This document shows positions 12,883-27,100 of a DNA stretch of 64,000 bases, piece after piece (position 1 is the stretch's first letter; every line of letters starts with the position of its first letter). A program made the translations under genes and the position numbers. Source of the stretch: Bugula neritina. Taxonomy: Eukaryota > Animalia > Bryozoa. The DNA is taken from assembly GCA_964035545.1 (NCBI GenBank), contig OZ037766.1, positions 15,986,722 to 16,050,721 of the forward strand, written 5' to 3'. The notes beneath the pieces are model-generated. The model was not told where the DNA came from and did no database searches. It saw nothing but the letters and a program-made list of their open reading frames with translations.

Positions 12883-15800
12883 ATGATGGTGAAAGGTGAG
12901 AAAGTAACATAATCATTTGAACTTCACTTTTAATTCTGGTGCAATACTCAGCTATTTAGAATATATCAAAAGACTATTTTATTTGACATATTTTTGAAAG
13001 AATTTAACACATTTTTATGTGGCAGTAATTAAAGCTATGTAAAGCAAAAGTAAAGAGTTTTGTGCTTGAATTGTCTCAGGTTAAAGCAGTTATAATATAA
13101 AGCTAACTTATTAAAATAGGCTATATCAATGCTGCTTTTAAAACTTTTTGATTTAATAGTAAAACAGTTTCACCAAGTTTGCCGTTAGCCACAAAGTTCA
13201 ATTTTCAACAAATCTTTTACTATTTTTAGTCATAATCAAATAGAAAGGCAAGAAATATTTTAGTAAGTATGATATATTTAATTACTGATCACTTTTGCTC
13301 TAAGCTGAAATAATTTTCATGCGTTATTGTTGTTCAATAGTTTGTTGGGTTAAACAAGCTTTTTGTGTGAAACTGTTACATTCCATGCTAAGATTAAATA
13401 TGGTGAATGTCTATTTATATAATTGAGAGGAAAGCAATGCAAGTGTCAAATTAGAAACCAAATTGCCTAAATAGAATAAAACTTTGTTAAAAAAACATTA
13501 AAGTTGTTTTTGCTTTACATTAAAGCAACATGCCTATAAAACCACTTATGAAAAATTTTGGATTTATTGAACCTTTTTATGCTCATACATGCAGTTGATG
13601 CTTTAACTGTTCCTTTTTCCGTTAGCTTTCTGTGAAAATTTTGTTGAAAAATGTTACATGTTACATGTCTCTATAGAAAATGTCTTTGTGGAACTACTTG
13701 TTGTTTGTTTGTTTTGTTGTGAGCAATAGCATTGAACCTTTACGTTGACAAGCCTACTTAAAGGAACAACTTTTATTCTGTTGCACTTTAGCTGAACTTA
13801 GTTTTTCACAATCCATGCATGTAATCATGTTTCTAATTTATAATGAATATAGAAGTTTAATATAACAGGAAAATATGGGTTATCATACTACAAATAACAC
13901 AGCAGCAATGTTACAGTAATTTGTATAAAACATGTTTTTTAGTTAAAACGCGGAAAGTTTAGAAACGCTACTGAAGATACTAGTTTGTGAATTTCTTAAG
14001 GACATTCAACTATGGACGGTAATACTTATTGTATTTATTTGATTCCAAAGTAACTTGCTGGAGAACAGTCGCCAGAAAATTTCTGCAGAACACACTTTTT
14101 AATGCATACTTACAATAATTTATAAATAGTTTTCCATTAATTCAAATAACTGTGCGTGCGTGTGTAACATTTCAATAACTTACTAAATATAAGCGTTAAA
14201 TCCTTTGAATTTTATTGGAGTTGAAATGAATGTTCTATGCATTCCTAGCTGTAACAATTGGCAACTATTTTATTTTAACAGCATTAATTTTAGTTTACCT
14301 ATCACTTTTAATTTGCTAAAAGTGCATGCAGGTCAAAATATAATTTAATCTGTGCAAATCATTGCAGTTCTTAATGCTCTAACCATTTTTATAGAGCCAC
14401 ATTGTAGTTGTTTGCTGTGTTTGAATCTAGATGATATTTGCTAGTTACTTGGTCACAAATATTAGTTTTGGCATTTAATGACCAGATTTGCTAAAAACAT
14501 TTATTTTTGCTATTGTTTATAATTAACCCTTCAAAAGTATCAAAATAATTTTGCATGTACATCAAATCTAATTCAAATTTTTCTATTACAAGTTACAGAA
14601 AAATATGATCTTTTATTCAGCTGTAGCTCAGATATACAAGTACTTTGCTTCTCATTTAACTTAGTGGCTTCCAAGTTTAATTTTTCTATTTAATAGAGAG
14701 ATATAATAATTTGCGAAAATGCAGTTTTTTTTTTTAATATATGTTATCTAGATGCTCATGAAAATTGCATTTAGTTACTGAATAGAACCAATATTTGTAT
14801 TTATTACTTGTTGCACTTCCATATTTAAGGGAAATCATGCTACAAAACCAATGAAGAACATTTGAAAGATTTCTCCAGAAAGCTTGTGCCCATTGCACCG
14901 AATGGAGACTGCCTTTTCGAGTCTATAGCCAGGCAGATTCAGGGAGAGTCACTTTTAGAGGCAGATGAATTGAGAGAATCTGCTGTCACATACGGAATCG
15001 CACACTCAGACAATTTCTCAGAGTTCTATTGGCAAGATGACAGCACTGTTGATCTCAGCTCACCAGGCAAAAGGAAACAAGCATTTGAAAAGAACTTGGA
15101 ACAATATTTGTGCCCAGGAGTGTGGAACAGTGAAATAGGAGATTTCATGAGTTCGTTGGTTGCTCTGGCTGCCAATCTGAAAATAGTAATTCTCAAAGAC
15201 AATTCTTTACCTATTTTTGTTCCACATGAGTTTGAAGTGACTGATGAGTCAATTGTCATAGTGCACAGTTCCAATGGCACTCATTATGATGCAACAAGAC
15301 CAATGACAAAAGAGGAGAAAGCTGCTCAACAGCGTCCTTCATCAGGTATGAACCGTCATAGCACAAGTACCTGTAGTAGTAATGTGCAACCTTTGTATAA
15401 CAATATGTTATTAGTAAAAGCAAGTTAATTTATGTAGCAGGTAAGAATGTAGTGAAAAGAGACCTTTTATTCAGCTGTAGCTCAGATATACAAGTACTTT
15501 GCTTCTCATTTAACTTAGTGTGCAGTAATATTTCCACATACAGTAAGCCAATAGCTATAAGTTAAGCAAGTTGAAATAATATTTTAATATCAAAGTAATA
15601 AAACAACAAAAATGAAAGATATTGTGTTTTTAGTTTGTAGCAGAACACCAACAAAAAGATCATCAGAATCTACTTCGCTACCTACTGCTCAAATCTGTTC
15701 CAAACTGTTTAAAACTAAAGCTGACTCATCAATCATTTCTAAAGAAGTATCTTGGAGTTCCAATTATCCTTCACCAAACGACTCGCCAACTTCATTTTCA

Positions 15801-16829
15801 CTAGATCTTCCTCCACCAAATTCTCCTTCATCAGAACTTCTTCCACCAAATTCTTCTTTACCAGATCCTCTTCGACCAGATCCTTTTTCACCAGATTCTC
15901 CTTCACCAGATTCTTTTCCACCATATTCCCCTTCACCAGATCTTTTTTCACCAGATTCTCTTTCTTCAGATTCACACTCACTAGCTGACTGTGCAGAAAA
16001 TAAATTGACAACAAAACCATTACACTCTGTCCTTCAAACTTCCCCAGAGAATTTAGAATGCTTGAAACCCAAAACTGACTCACTGCTTCTTGATGTAAAT
16101 CCTAAAAGCTCAGAAGCTGTGCATTTAACTACCAATTTAGAAAACTCAGAACAAGATGGAGGAATAAACCTTTCAGGTTCGACCTCACCAGCTACAATTC
16201 ACAATTTAGATATGTTTGTTAGAAAAAAAGAATCATCAGCTGCTATTGATGATTTAGATGTGTTTGTTGAAGAAAAAGAATCACCAGCTACCATTCATAA
16301 TCCAGATATGTTTGTTAAAAAAAAAGAATCACTAACTACTATTCATGATCTAGATATGTTTATAAAAGACGAAGAATCGCCAACTCCAATTTCTTCAGAT
16401 GTATTTTGGAGTCCAATATCTCTTCCAAGAGAAAAATTGACAGAAAACGTGTCAAACAAACCAGAAAGTATTTCAGCAATAGATTTGTTTGATTCAAGTC
16501 TTAAATTATCTGACTCTTCTACAAATCAACTCTTGATAAATTCCCCAATGTTTACTGCATTTAGCCCAGGGAACCAATCATCAAAAGGCTCCTCTTATTC
16601 ATCAAGCTCAGCTACATCTACCGATCCCATAGCAGCAAGTGATTGTGTCGAACCTTCAGGGCATTGTCCGAGCACAAAGGAAACAAGGGCGGAGTCACCA
16701 AGTAGCCTGGCTTACTCCCAACAATCAGTTTTATTGTATCCTGTAGAAAGCACTGAGTTACCCGATGTGCTATGGGAACCAAGTCCTAGTAGATCAAGCT
16801 CATCCAGTCCAACTCATGAAAACAAATAA
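12883..16829 (+). CDS. OTU-like protein with long Ser/Pro-rich repetitive tail, cluster gene 3
   Basis: Exon 14830-15345 (PIAPNGDCLFESIARQ...GVW...GTHYDA) splices in phase 1 to 15634-16829 (low-complexity tail, TAA). Candidate in-frame 5' micro-exons: 12883-12895 (MMVK) and 14001-14018 (HSTMD; alternative start ATG at 14012). Confidence 0.75.
14610..14666 (+). repeat. 57-bp direct repeat, copy 1 (5' of the OTU exon)
   Basis: CTTTTATTCAGCTGTAGCTCAGATATACAAGTACTTTGCTTCTCATTTAACTTAGTG, identical to 15464-15520. Confidence 0.92.
15464..15520 (+). repeat. 57-bp direct repeat, copy 2 (3' of the OTU exon)
   Basis: Identical to 14610-14666. Confidence 0.92.
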
Positions 16830-19208
16830 TGACCAATTGTGTGTTCTGAATATTTTATAATATAACTTTTTATGGCAATTGTAAAAAAAGTTTTTATAAA
16901 ACAAATGCAATCAGACTAAAAAAAATAAATATTTTAAGTCAAACATTTTAAAATTCAATGTTTTGTTTATGTGAAGCTGACTAACTACTATTATGACATT
17001 TTAGTAATAAAGATGTAATAAAATTATAACTGGTAAGCATTTAAATATCATATTACAATAACAATTATTAAGCTCAACATACATATAGCATTCATATGCA
17101 CTGCATTGCCGTCCTCATTGGCAAGTTCTTACGACAAAAACACCTTCTCACTTTATATGAAATAATTATTCATTAGCTAACCACATGAAATAACCTATCT
17201 TGAGTAGTATACATGATTTGAGTTTCTATTAGTTCGAACGTGCCTCATGAAAAACCTTATCACTGTGAAAAAAATTAAAGACCTAAAGAGTTAAGCCTAC
17301 AACCTGCATCTTTTCCATGCAATCTCATATCTGATTATAGCTCAAATAACATAGGGGAGGGTGGGCCTAGAATTTAAAGGCTCTCAACTTAATGGAGGAT
17401 GGTTTGCGACACTGCCTTGTTTTACCATATTCATTGCTGTAATTAAGCTTTCCTAATCTGTTCCCTGTTTGTTTCCAGTATAAAAATTGGCACCATTCTT
17501 GAAACATTTTCAGAATAATTTTAGTACACTGCTGGCCTACATTTTCATTTTATCTAGGACTAAATGTATGTTTGAATTTGAATATTGATGGCAGAAAGAT
17601 TTTAATTAAGAAAAATATAAACTTAAATGTAAAAACTGGTGTACACAATTATAATTACCATAATGAAAATAATTAGTGGGGCAAGTAAATTGCACCTGGT
17701 TCAACTCGCACCACTTCACACTGTCATGCTACAAATTATTGTCAATATCTCTGCAATTTTAGGTTATTGCCCAGCTTTGAAAGCATGTTGAAAATACATG
17801 CCTAAATTTATTTGACTGGGCTCTACAAATTTGAGAAATCATGCAATTTTTTATGAAAAAGTGAGTTTTTAGTTTGCTCATTTTTTATGCAAAAAATGTG
17901 AAAAATACTTGCTCACCTGAAAACTCCTGCTTTGATTTTATATATTTCTATATGTTTTGTAGTTCACCTGAAACGCTTTTAAGTAAAGGAGATAAAATAG
18001 TGCCATGGTTTAATGAAGAAAATTTAGAGCATGTGGTTCAACTAGCCCCATGGTTCAAGTAGTTTAGCTGTAAAGCTTTGTGAATTGCGAGTACAGCTAA
18101 AATTTCGATTGCACCATATTTAGTTCATCATATAGCAAGAAACTCAAGAAATTAATATAAATCTCATTTATAAAATAAGTTGCTACATGGTTAACCACTT
18201 TGTTTTAGAATTTAGCTCCTATAAATAAATTTTACTTTTTCACATAGAAAAAAGAATTGCATAGCAGTTCCAAAACTTGAGTTGATTTCTTATGAATTTT
18301 AAATTGACGCTTCCTAGTAAAAATATTCATCATGCAAAATCTGGAAAATTAGCATGGCTAAAAACAAGATTGAACATAATAAATAAAGATATGGAGCTGC
18401 AATGCCATGAACTATAATTGAGGTAACTATGGGGTAGAAAATTAATATAAAAGCAATTTTTGTAAAATTATATTATAGAAATTCTATTTTATAACATATA
18501 ATGCAGGCTATTTCAAGAAATTTGGATTGCTGCATCAAAAAATTTAGCTTTATTTTATTAATGTATATGTTATAACAGACAAGTAATTATTCAATAAACC
18601 TTTATACAGTTAAAAGATGTTTATCAAATATATTATGAAATATTTCAACCATGTTTTTAGTCATAATTGTGATTATATTATTCAAACTTTATAGGGCAAC
18701 ACGTATGAACTTTAGTATACATTTTATATTTATTATAATATTTAATTTGATTTTTTATACAATTAAATTTTATTAAAATAATATACCAAATAGTTATAAA
18801 AGCCATGTGAATTAAAATGTAATAAAGATAATTAATTAACTTAGCTGCTTAAATTCAAAAAGTTTTATTGCCTTTGTTAACTGTTAACTAATAGGCCAAA
18901 ACAAAAACAATGAAAGCTGACATAGTTGAGTCTTGTACTAACGTGGACACATATATACGTTCACTTGAAATTTTTAGTTGTTAGTTTGCTAAAGACTTAG
19001 TGCAGCTACTTGTGTAATAAAGTCGTGTTAGTTTCTTATTTGCACTGTATAAGCTATATGATATTATTTTCTTTACATAGAAAATATTATTTTGAAAATG
19101 AGATTTTTATAGTGATTACTATTACAGTTTTTTCGCCAAAGGCCAATGCTAAATTCATTCAGCAATTCTGGTGAAGCAGGTATATGCTATACATATAGAT
19201 GTAGGAAG

Positions 19209-19470
19209 CTAGCAGAGAACCGTGATCTAGTGATTAGCAATGAACAAGTCTGCACCAGCTAATGGGTTTGAATCCCAGAGGGGTCATTGATGATGTCAGG
19301 GCGAGCATCCAGTCAGGGTTGCTACTGTAGGATTATTGCACAATTTTTGCTGTTAGGAGTTCTTGCAAGAGTGGATCCTTTAAACAAAGGTGATTGAGTG
19401 ATAGAAGTGTGAATGCTACCATCATACATGTAGTTTTCTCACAGGGGTGGTAACTATAAACTTGTGTGAG
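19209..19470 (+). mobile_element. tRNA-derived SINE copy (diverged)
   Basis: GTGATCTAGTGATTAG...GGGTTTGAATCCC...GATGTCAGGGCGAGCATCCAGTCA...TTCTCACAGGGGTGGTAACTATAAACTTGTG. Confidence 0.65.
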
Positions 19471-21145
19471 TTTTTTTTATGTAGCATACACCAGTTTATT
19501 TATATATAGCTAAGAATTAAGTAGTTAACAATGCAGTGAGCAAAAGCAGTTTAGGTGTAATAGAGCAATATACCTTACATCTCTTGTAAGAATAGAATAT
19601 AATTTTAAAATATAAAAGAAAAATGTTCTCCTAATATGATAAAAGCGCAAGGCTGAAGTATTCTTTTATAATGTCACTTAATGATAACTTGCATGAGAAT
19701 GACGCTAGTCACCAAATTTTTTATATATGAAGGCTTTTTAACAGTAATGATTCAGCAACTGCTAAACGGTAAGTAGATGGAAATAGTAAACAATGAAGAA
19801 TTTTTTTCAATGATTTTATTCTAAAGCTTATACTATTTATATTACCTGATGGCATATTTGTAATAATAATTGTAGCTTCACCACTAAACAATATAGGAAT
19901 GTACTAAAGTGTGTGTAGCAAATGCTATTAACTATGTTCTTAGATTCTCCCCATCTCTCAAACAGACCACTTCTTCAACCAACTACCACCTAGAAGCTCT
20001 TTGCTATTACTGTCTTGCAGTCTAAGCTACAGACATAAACAGTAGAAACACATTAACTACAAGGGTGTCTTGGCGATTTATGAACTGTGCACATTATCAT
20101 GACTCATGCTTTCACACACTATAGTACATCAATAACCTAACTTGAAATTTTTTGTGATTTCTACACAGGCTAAAATTACTGAACAATGAGTAAATGTTAT
20201 ATTATAGTTCCCATACTCATGTAAACATTTATACTAAAACTAAATAGACAAGTTGAAAGAGTGAGCTGTAGTTAAAATTAATAATTTTTGGTTATTAATG
20301 TTGATTAACTACTCAGTGAAGATTTCAGAGAAAACTTTCCAATAAGCTGTGGAGTTTTAAAAGACTCATTTCTGTTGTTTTGTGGAGAAATTTTACGACT
20401 AGCATTGTTCAACAGCAGGCCAAACTTAAACTGATTGCAATAAAACTACAAAGCCTTTGAAAACCCAGCACTATAAGAATAGAAAAAAATTTATCAAGAC
20501 TATATTATTGCGTGTATGGCATTATAAAAATATCTAAACTATGAATATAATGGTGCACTTATGCAAGCAATTTAAAGAATTCCACAGTGATGCAACACAG
20601 ATTAACTTTTTAATCGCCAACAAAAGGTAGGTATATTGAGACTTTGTTCTTATTAACTTATAGCTAGTTTTTAGAAATACCAAATTTACTTTTAAAAGTT
20701 AAATAGAAAACACCATTCAACGTTGGTCTACCCATCTCGACTATAACATTATGCTTGAGAAAATATTTTCCAATGCATTGCTGTTGATGGCTTTTTTCAA
20801 ACTTAACTTAGTAAAGTTCTATCACTGCGTTTCAGCTATAGATGGTTATTGCTAGTTACTACAAGTTATTGCCAGATATTTTAGGCTTGAACAACGTAGT
20901 TGACTTTATAAATAAATTATAACACTTTGGTTTCAGAAAAGCATATTTTTATAATGCAACAGTAAACTAGAATGTTTAGGTTGCTATTTAAATATTCAAC
21001 TATGTTATTACTTGTGCATGTGTGGTAATACGTATATTCCATTTGCATAGTAATATATATTTACATTGTAATATCTTTGTATTTTAAGGCTCAGCTGGCC
21101 TGGCCCAATTGTAAAGAAATCTCTATAATTAACACAGTCAGCAAG

Positions 21146-24100
21146 ATGGATTTCCGCTCAGGTACACTCTTAGCATCAGAATTCTACTGAGCTAGGCAAT
21201 ATCTAAGAACTATGCTTGATGAGTATAACATTCTACAAATATGAACAAATAGTCTTTGCTTAGTAAACAAAGGGCTATAGTAAAAATCTAGATTAAAAGT
21301 ACTCACCCAAAATCATTTTCTAGAAGGTTAATACATGCAAGCTATCAAAATGTCACCGAATCTCATAATTTTATAACATTCTAAATATATTTATAAAAAG
21401 CATGGTCACTAAAGGAGATTTAACTTGGAAGAGGTTTTCATTGCTATTATTATAAAATTTAATCTACACTATATTATAAAGTGATCAATTGCAATTCTTA
21501 CCGAAAAGCAACTAAGCCAAGATTTATTTACAATAAAGATATCACATATAAAGTTTCGTAAAAATGAATGATTCAAATAATCAACATGAAAAAGTGTTAT
21601 ACTTAGAGTATTATACTATAAGTTAACAAAGTCAATCTTGGTTGGGATTATTGTATTTATTTGAAACTGCGACCTAAGGCGTAACAGGGCATTAATCATC
21701 TTTTACCGAACTTTTATTGCACCTAGCTATTGCGCCATAAATAAGTCCACCAAAGTCTTCAACGTCTTCCTGCGTACTAAACTTAAAAAAATATCTCCTA
21801 AACTTATGTAGTAATGTGATTTAGTTTTAAAATGTTATTTAGTTTTGTTATTTCTAAATCTTATTTTTCATAAAAAATAGCTTGTTTATATATTAGTATA
21901 TTATTTTACAAAATAATTTTGATAAAGCGTAAGATATTACTGCCATACTGTAAATTATTAGAATCTGTACTAAATTGCAGAAGTTGCATTTAATTTGCAC
22001 ATTAATTGTTCTATCAGTTGGAAAAACACTAAAATTGTATGCTGTTAGATTTTAGTTTTGCGGCTATATGCATTTACAATAACTCATACATATATCAGCA
22101 GAGATTTTGAGTTTGAGCTGCAAAATTTTTAGCTGAAATACTCTGAGCTTCAAGACAAAAAAAAAGCAACTTTTGAAAGCTCTTGTTGTCTTTCCAATGT
22201 ACAGTATTTTATTGAAAACTCAGCAATAAAGAAGTATTAAATATCACTCAAATATGCTTTCAAGATTTATTCTAAGCAAGACATTTATTATAATGTTATA
22301 ATATATAGTCTGTAACTATTCTGTAAAAAGTATTTCTTCCAAATACTCCCCATTACTTTTATACAGCAAAATACCAATGCAAAACCCTACCAAGACATTT
22401 GGAAGACTTGCAGAGAGCAGTGGTATCTATTCCTGGAGATGGAAATTGTCTGTTTCAGTCTATTGCGGAGCAGATTCATCAAGAGCCCCGCTACACGGCT
22501 CAGCAACTCAGAACCCTAGCAGTTAATTATGGCATAGCAAATTCAGCTACTTATGCAGATTACTTTTGGCAAGACTCTTGTGGTGAAGATGTCAGTACAC
22601 CTAGAAGAAGAAGAATAATATTTGAAAATAACCTTTCGTCATTTCTCGATGCAGGAGTATGGGATGGTATAGTTGGAGATCTCATGACCACATTGGTTGC
22701 TTTGGCTGCTAATCTAGAGATAGTAGTTCTCAAAAATAATATGCCTCCTATATTTCTTCCACACGAGTTTGAAGTGACTGATAATTCAATTGTCATAGTG
22801 CACATTAGTGATGGCACTCACTATAATGCAACAAGACCAATGACAGATGAGGAGAAATATTATTCATCTTGTCCAACAGGTATGCATGCCATCTTATGTA
22901 CATCTGCAAAAGCATATCCAGTAAATATTCTAGTTTAGCAAATAGCACTAAAAGGGTTTATTGAGCAATTAAACAGATGCATTAACAACATCCTTTAGCA
23001 AACAGCTAAGATATGACTGGTCAATAGTTATTGCGTGCAATACTATAGACTGAGAGTTTTTCAAAATTATTTTAATTTGTAAGATGCATTTTGTAAATTT
23101 TAGAATATGGGTCTGTGCGAAAACAAGCAGAGAACCTTAATAGAATTATTGTTGATCAACCAGTGAGAGATGGGGACAGTTTTTTTATTAGCGTTGGTGA
23201 ACAAGTTAGAAGATCTCCAGTATATGTGCGAAAAAGTGTTATTGATTACTGGAAAGAATTTGGAAATGAATTGTATAATTGCTATCCAGAGGATTTTCTA
23301 AAATTCTTTGAGCTACAAAATGAAGTTCCTGAGAAAGGATTTTGGCACAAAGACATAGAAAGGATGTGTCTCCTAATTATACAGAGAGCTTATAGGTTAA
23401 AACATATACTACTGTTGAGGCGAAACCAGCCACCACTTGCCGCTCCCGAACGTTCCAATCCATTACCGTACGTTGATGAGGAAACTGTGGTACTTGTAAA
23501 AGGAAGAGATGACTGCTATGCTTCGACAATGTATAAAGGTAAGGAGAGCTACAATGAGAATATTCCCATCAGCGATAGCTATAGCAATTATAAATTTACC
23601 TTTTTAAGGCTTGCGTTCAATGTTTACTAAAATGTATACGCTTAAATTTAAGGTGAAGTTTACAATCATCCAACGACAATTGCAAAGCTTGGTGAATTGG
23701 GCATTACCACCACAACACCATGTTCTACTGCTGCTGCAATCAGTTCCCCAACCTTGACAAGTAGCAAACATATCGCAGGTATGTAAAGCCATGGCATAGC
23801 TATAATAGTAGTAGTATAAGATATATAATAGTATAACATATAAATTATGCAATAAATAGCATACTACTTAAAAACTCACTAACACAAATTTATAGTTGCT
23901 ATCCCTGTGAGAAAACCCCTGATAGAAGGGGTTTTTGTTGAATCTGGGCTAATTGGATTTATTTAGATGAGGCACAGGAGCAATTATGACTGGATGCTCT
24001 TTCTAACATCACCAATGGCTTTTGTCAGGGCTCGAACCCACGACTTCGTGTTTACTAGGCAAATGCTCTTATCCTTAGACTACGGCTGCTCCCTATTATA

Positions 24101-27100
24101 TATTATTCAAATTAATTGAGAAATATGTAAATGTGTTCAATTTGAATTAAAGTGCATTTTTTAAAAATAATGTTGTGCATGGATAAATTTTCAAAACTTT
24201 AAAGACAATTTTATTGTTGTGATAAAAGCTATAGCCAATAAGTAATTCTCATTCACAAAAATGTACTTCTTATGCTGTTAGCTTCAGTTTGCTATTTAAA
24301 ATACAAGAACAAGTTTTAGTAAGAAGAAAAACTCATTTCTATAGAAGTAAATATTAAAACATTATTATTACTTATAGAAAGTTTTTAATGTTTCGGTCAA
24401 TTCCATAGAAATGGGTTTTTATTTGCTTTTGCTTAACCCATCATGACCTACTGAATGTAAAACTATTTTCATACAGTGTTTGCAGACATTATATTTTGGT
24501 AAGCCTAGGGCCATACGGTGCGTATTTTCGCATGCAAAAATTGAAACCACAAGTAGCAAAGGTGTCCACTGTAGCGTCAGTGATGCGTGATAAATAAAGC
24601 TTTCATTTTTAAATCGCACTCGCTTACAATAAAACGCAATTTACTGGAATGTAGCACTAAAATAAAAAAATTGGGCTCGCTAAATAACTACCGGCCAATT
24701 AGGTGACGACGACAGAGACGATTCGCACTTGCGTTGAGAATGCTGAGCGACAAGTGCGAACGTTTTCTCAACGCCTACAGCAGACACCTTTGCTACTTGC
24801 GATTTCAATTTTCGCATGCGAAAATACGCACAGTGTGGCCCTAGGCTAACACAAACTACTGTGTGTGTGTGTGCCTTAATTGCAGTCCATTGCAAAAATG
24901 AGGAACTTTTCTTACATAATTGTAAGAGAGGCATTATTAATACAGAGTGAGCAATTGACTGGTAGTAGTTGAAAACGTATGAGGCCTTCTTTCACCCTAT
25001 AAAGAACATATATGTGACAGCATAAATCAAATGATCTGAGGATGTCATGAAAAGTGTATAGCGTTTTTATTAGCAACTATGTTCACATCTGAAAAGATTT
25101 CCTTGGTACATATGTAAATGCTGAAACAGGGCATATAAACAAATATACCACAGTAATATAAACGAATATGCTTGTCAGGAGTTCGATAGTCACTAGCATT
25201 GCTCTGTGAGTATTTTTAAGAGTTAGAAAATCATAACCTTAACTCTCTAGCGTTTAGAGAGTCGGCATACTGAATTACATAAAAAATAACTCCTGAAGTA
25301 AACTATTTAATAAATGTGGTAAGAGGCTGCCTTTAAGAAATTACAAGCTGCTTATAAACCCGATAGTAGTGTAGGCAACTCCAGTGTTCTTCAGCAGATG
25401 CAAATACTACAAATGGGAAACCTTACTTTGTATTGCTATGTCAGGAGCATAAGTCAACAAATAGTATACAAAAGACAGGAATTGGAAATTTTAAATTTAT
25501 GATATAATTGCTTGAAAACACGTATTTCCTAATAATTTCTATCGAATAACATATTCAAATATAAGAGTGTAAAATATAGTTAGAGATAGTAATATTAAGC
25601 ATGGGCTATTGAATATCTAAAGCTTAACAAATGTTTGATCTACAGAGCTTAAAATAAGCAACTGCCTAATTTCATTCGTTTTTGCAGTAAACCTTTAAAC
25701 TGAGAAAAACATTTTAGGCTTATATTATCTAATATAACTTGCTGTTCTGTAAATTTTTATTCATTTATACTGTTTTATTAATTATTGATTTATTTTTTAT
25801 TGACTTAATAATCTGAACTGTATAATTGTTTTGACCAATACTTCCTGTGGTGTAGCCAAACAAAAAGCCCCTAAAAGAAAGTTGGAGTATCAACCTCAGA
25901 TAGGAGAGCCGCAGTTAAAACGCCCAAAGCCAAAGATTTTTTCGTGTATGTTTTACAACTTATGATACTTTTCTTAATTGTATTCTTTGCATTTATAGAA
26001 AAATTTGTTTAAACTTTATTATTTTGTTGCAAGCATTTAATGAGTTTTATGGTTAAAAGTGCTTTCTTAAAATGTGACTGTAGTAGATTTATCAAGTAAC
26101 TTTGAAATAGAGTCTACAGCTAACCTGTTGTTAAATCATCATGGTGATATGTTGCACTATTGATTACACAGACATTTCATTATATAAACTCAAGAAAATT
26201 TATAGCCGCTATCCCTGTGAGAAACCCCTGATAGTAAGAGTTTTTGTTAAAGTAGGCTAAGGACTTACTTAAATGAGGCACAGGAGCAATTATGATTGGA
26301 TGCTCTTCCTAACATCACCGATAGCCTTTGTCTGGGCTTGAACCCATGACCATCTTGTTTACTAGGCAAACGCTTTAACCCCTAGACCACAGCTGCTCTT
26401 TTGACATTTTACTATATACATGAATTAAATAACTTCATCATGTACATTTATATAATATATATCATTATTTTAAATATGTGTTAAAAATCTTAGCTACAGT
26501 ATTGATTTTGCATATAGTATAATAATTAAAACGATATATCTTTGTGAGTGAATGTAACAGTTGAATTTTCTTGTTCTGGTATACAGGTGAAGAAATCGAT
26601 GAAAGCCAACCTTCACTCTATCCAACAGTACCCATCACTGAGCCACTCTTCGTACAAGGTCATTTTAAAATTACATTGCTAAAGTAAATTCATAAGTGGT
26701 TTAGCTTTGAAATATTATAGTTCTGTTAGTTAACTATCAACCTAGTAAATCATTCATTGCACCAAAACGTTTTGCAGCATTTGCATTTTAACTTAAGTTC
26801 ATAGAGTTGCATCAACAATTGAAAGATATACTGTGTTCGCTACAAGTTTAACAGTAAAATTTTTTCTGGCATATAGTGCATGGACGAGAGATAGACTATC
26901 CAAAAATTTCTCCAATTACTTCGCCTATGGTAGCAACAACATCTCCTTATGGGCAATGGGGCTCACAGCAGCAAGAGTCTACACCGATGGAGTTAGACCA
27001 CTCTCCAGCTCTAGATATATCTTTGTACCAGTCATCTGAGAAAGAGGTGAAATCAAAGCCATGTAGGCAAACTGCATCAGATAGATCTCGGTCATTAAGT

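Noticed and set aside
15739-16083. Minus-strand ORF with KENLV repeats
   Set aside because: Antisense shadow of the 15-bp coding repeat in gene 3.
17350-18065. Possible degenerate DNA-transposon remnant (TGGGGCAAGT / ACTAGCCCCA, repeated TGGTTCAA)
   Set aside because: Termini and TSD could not be defined.
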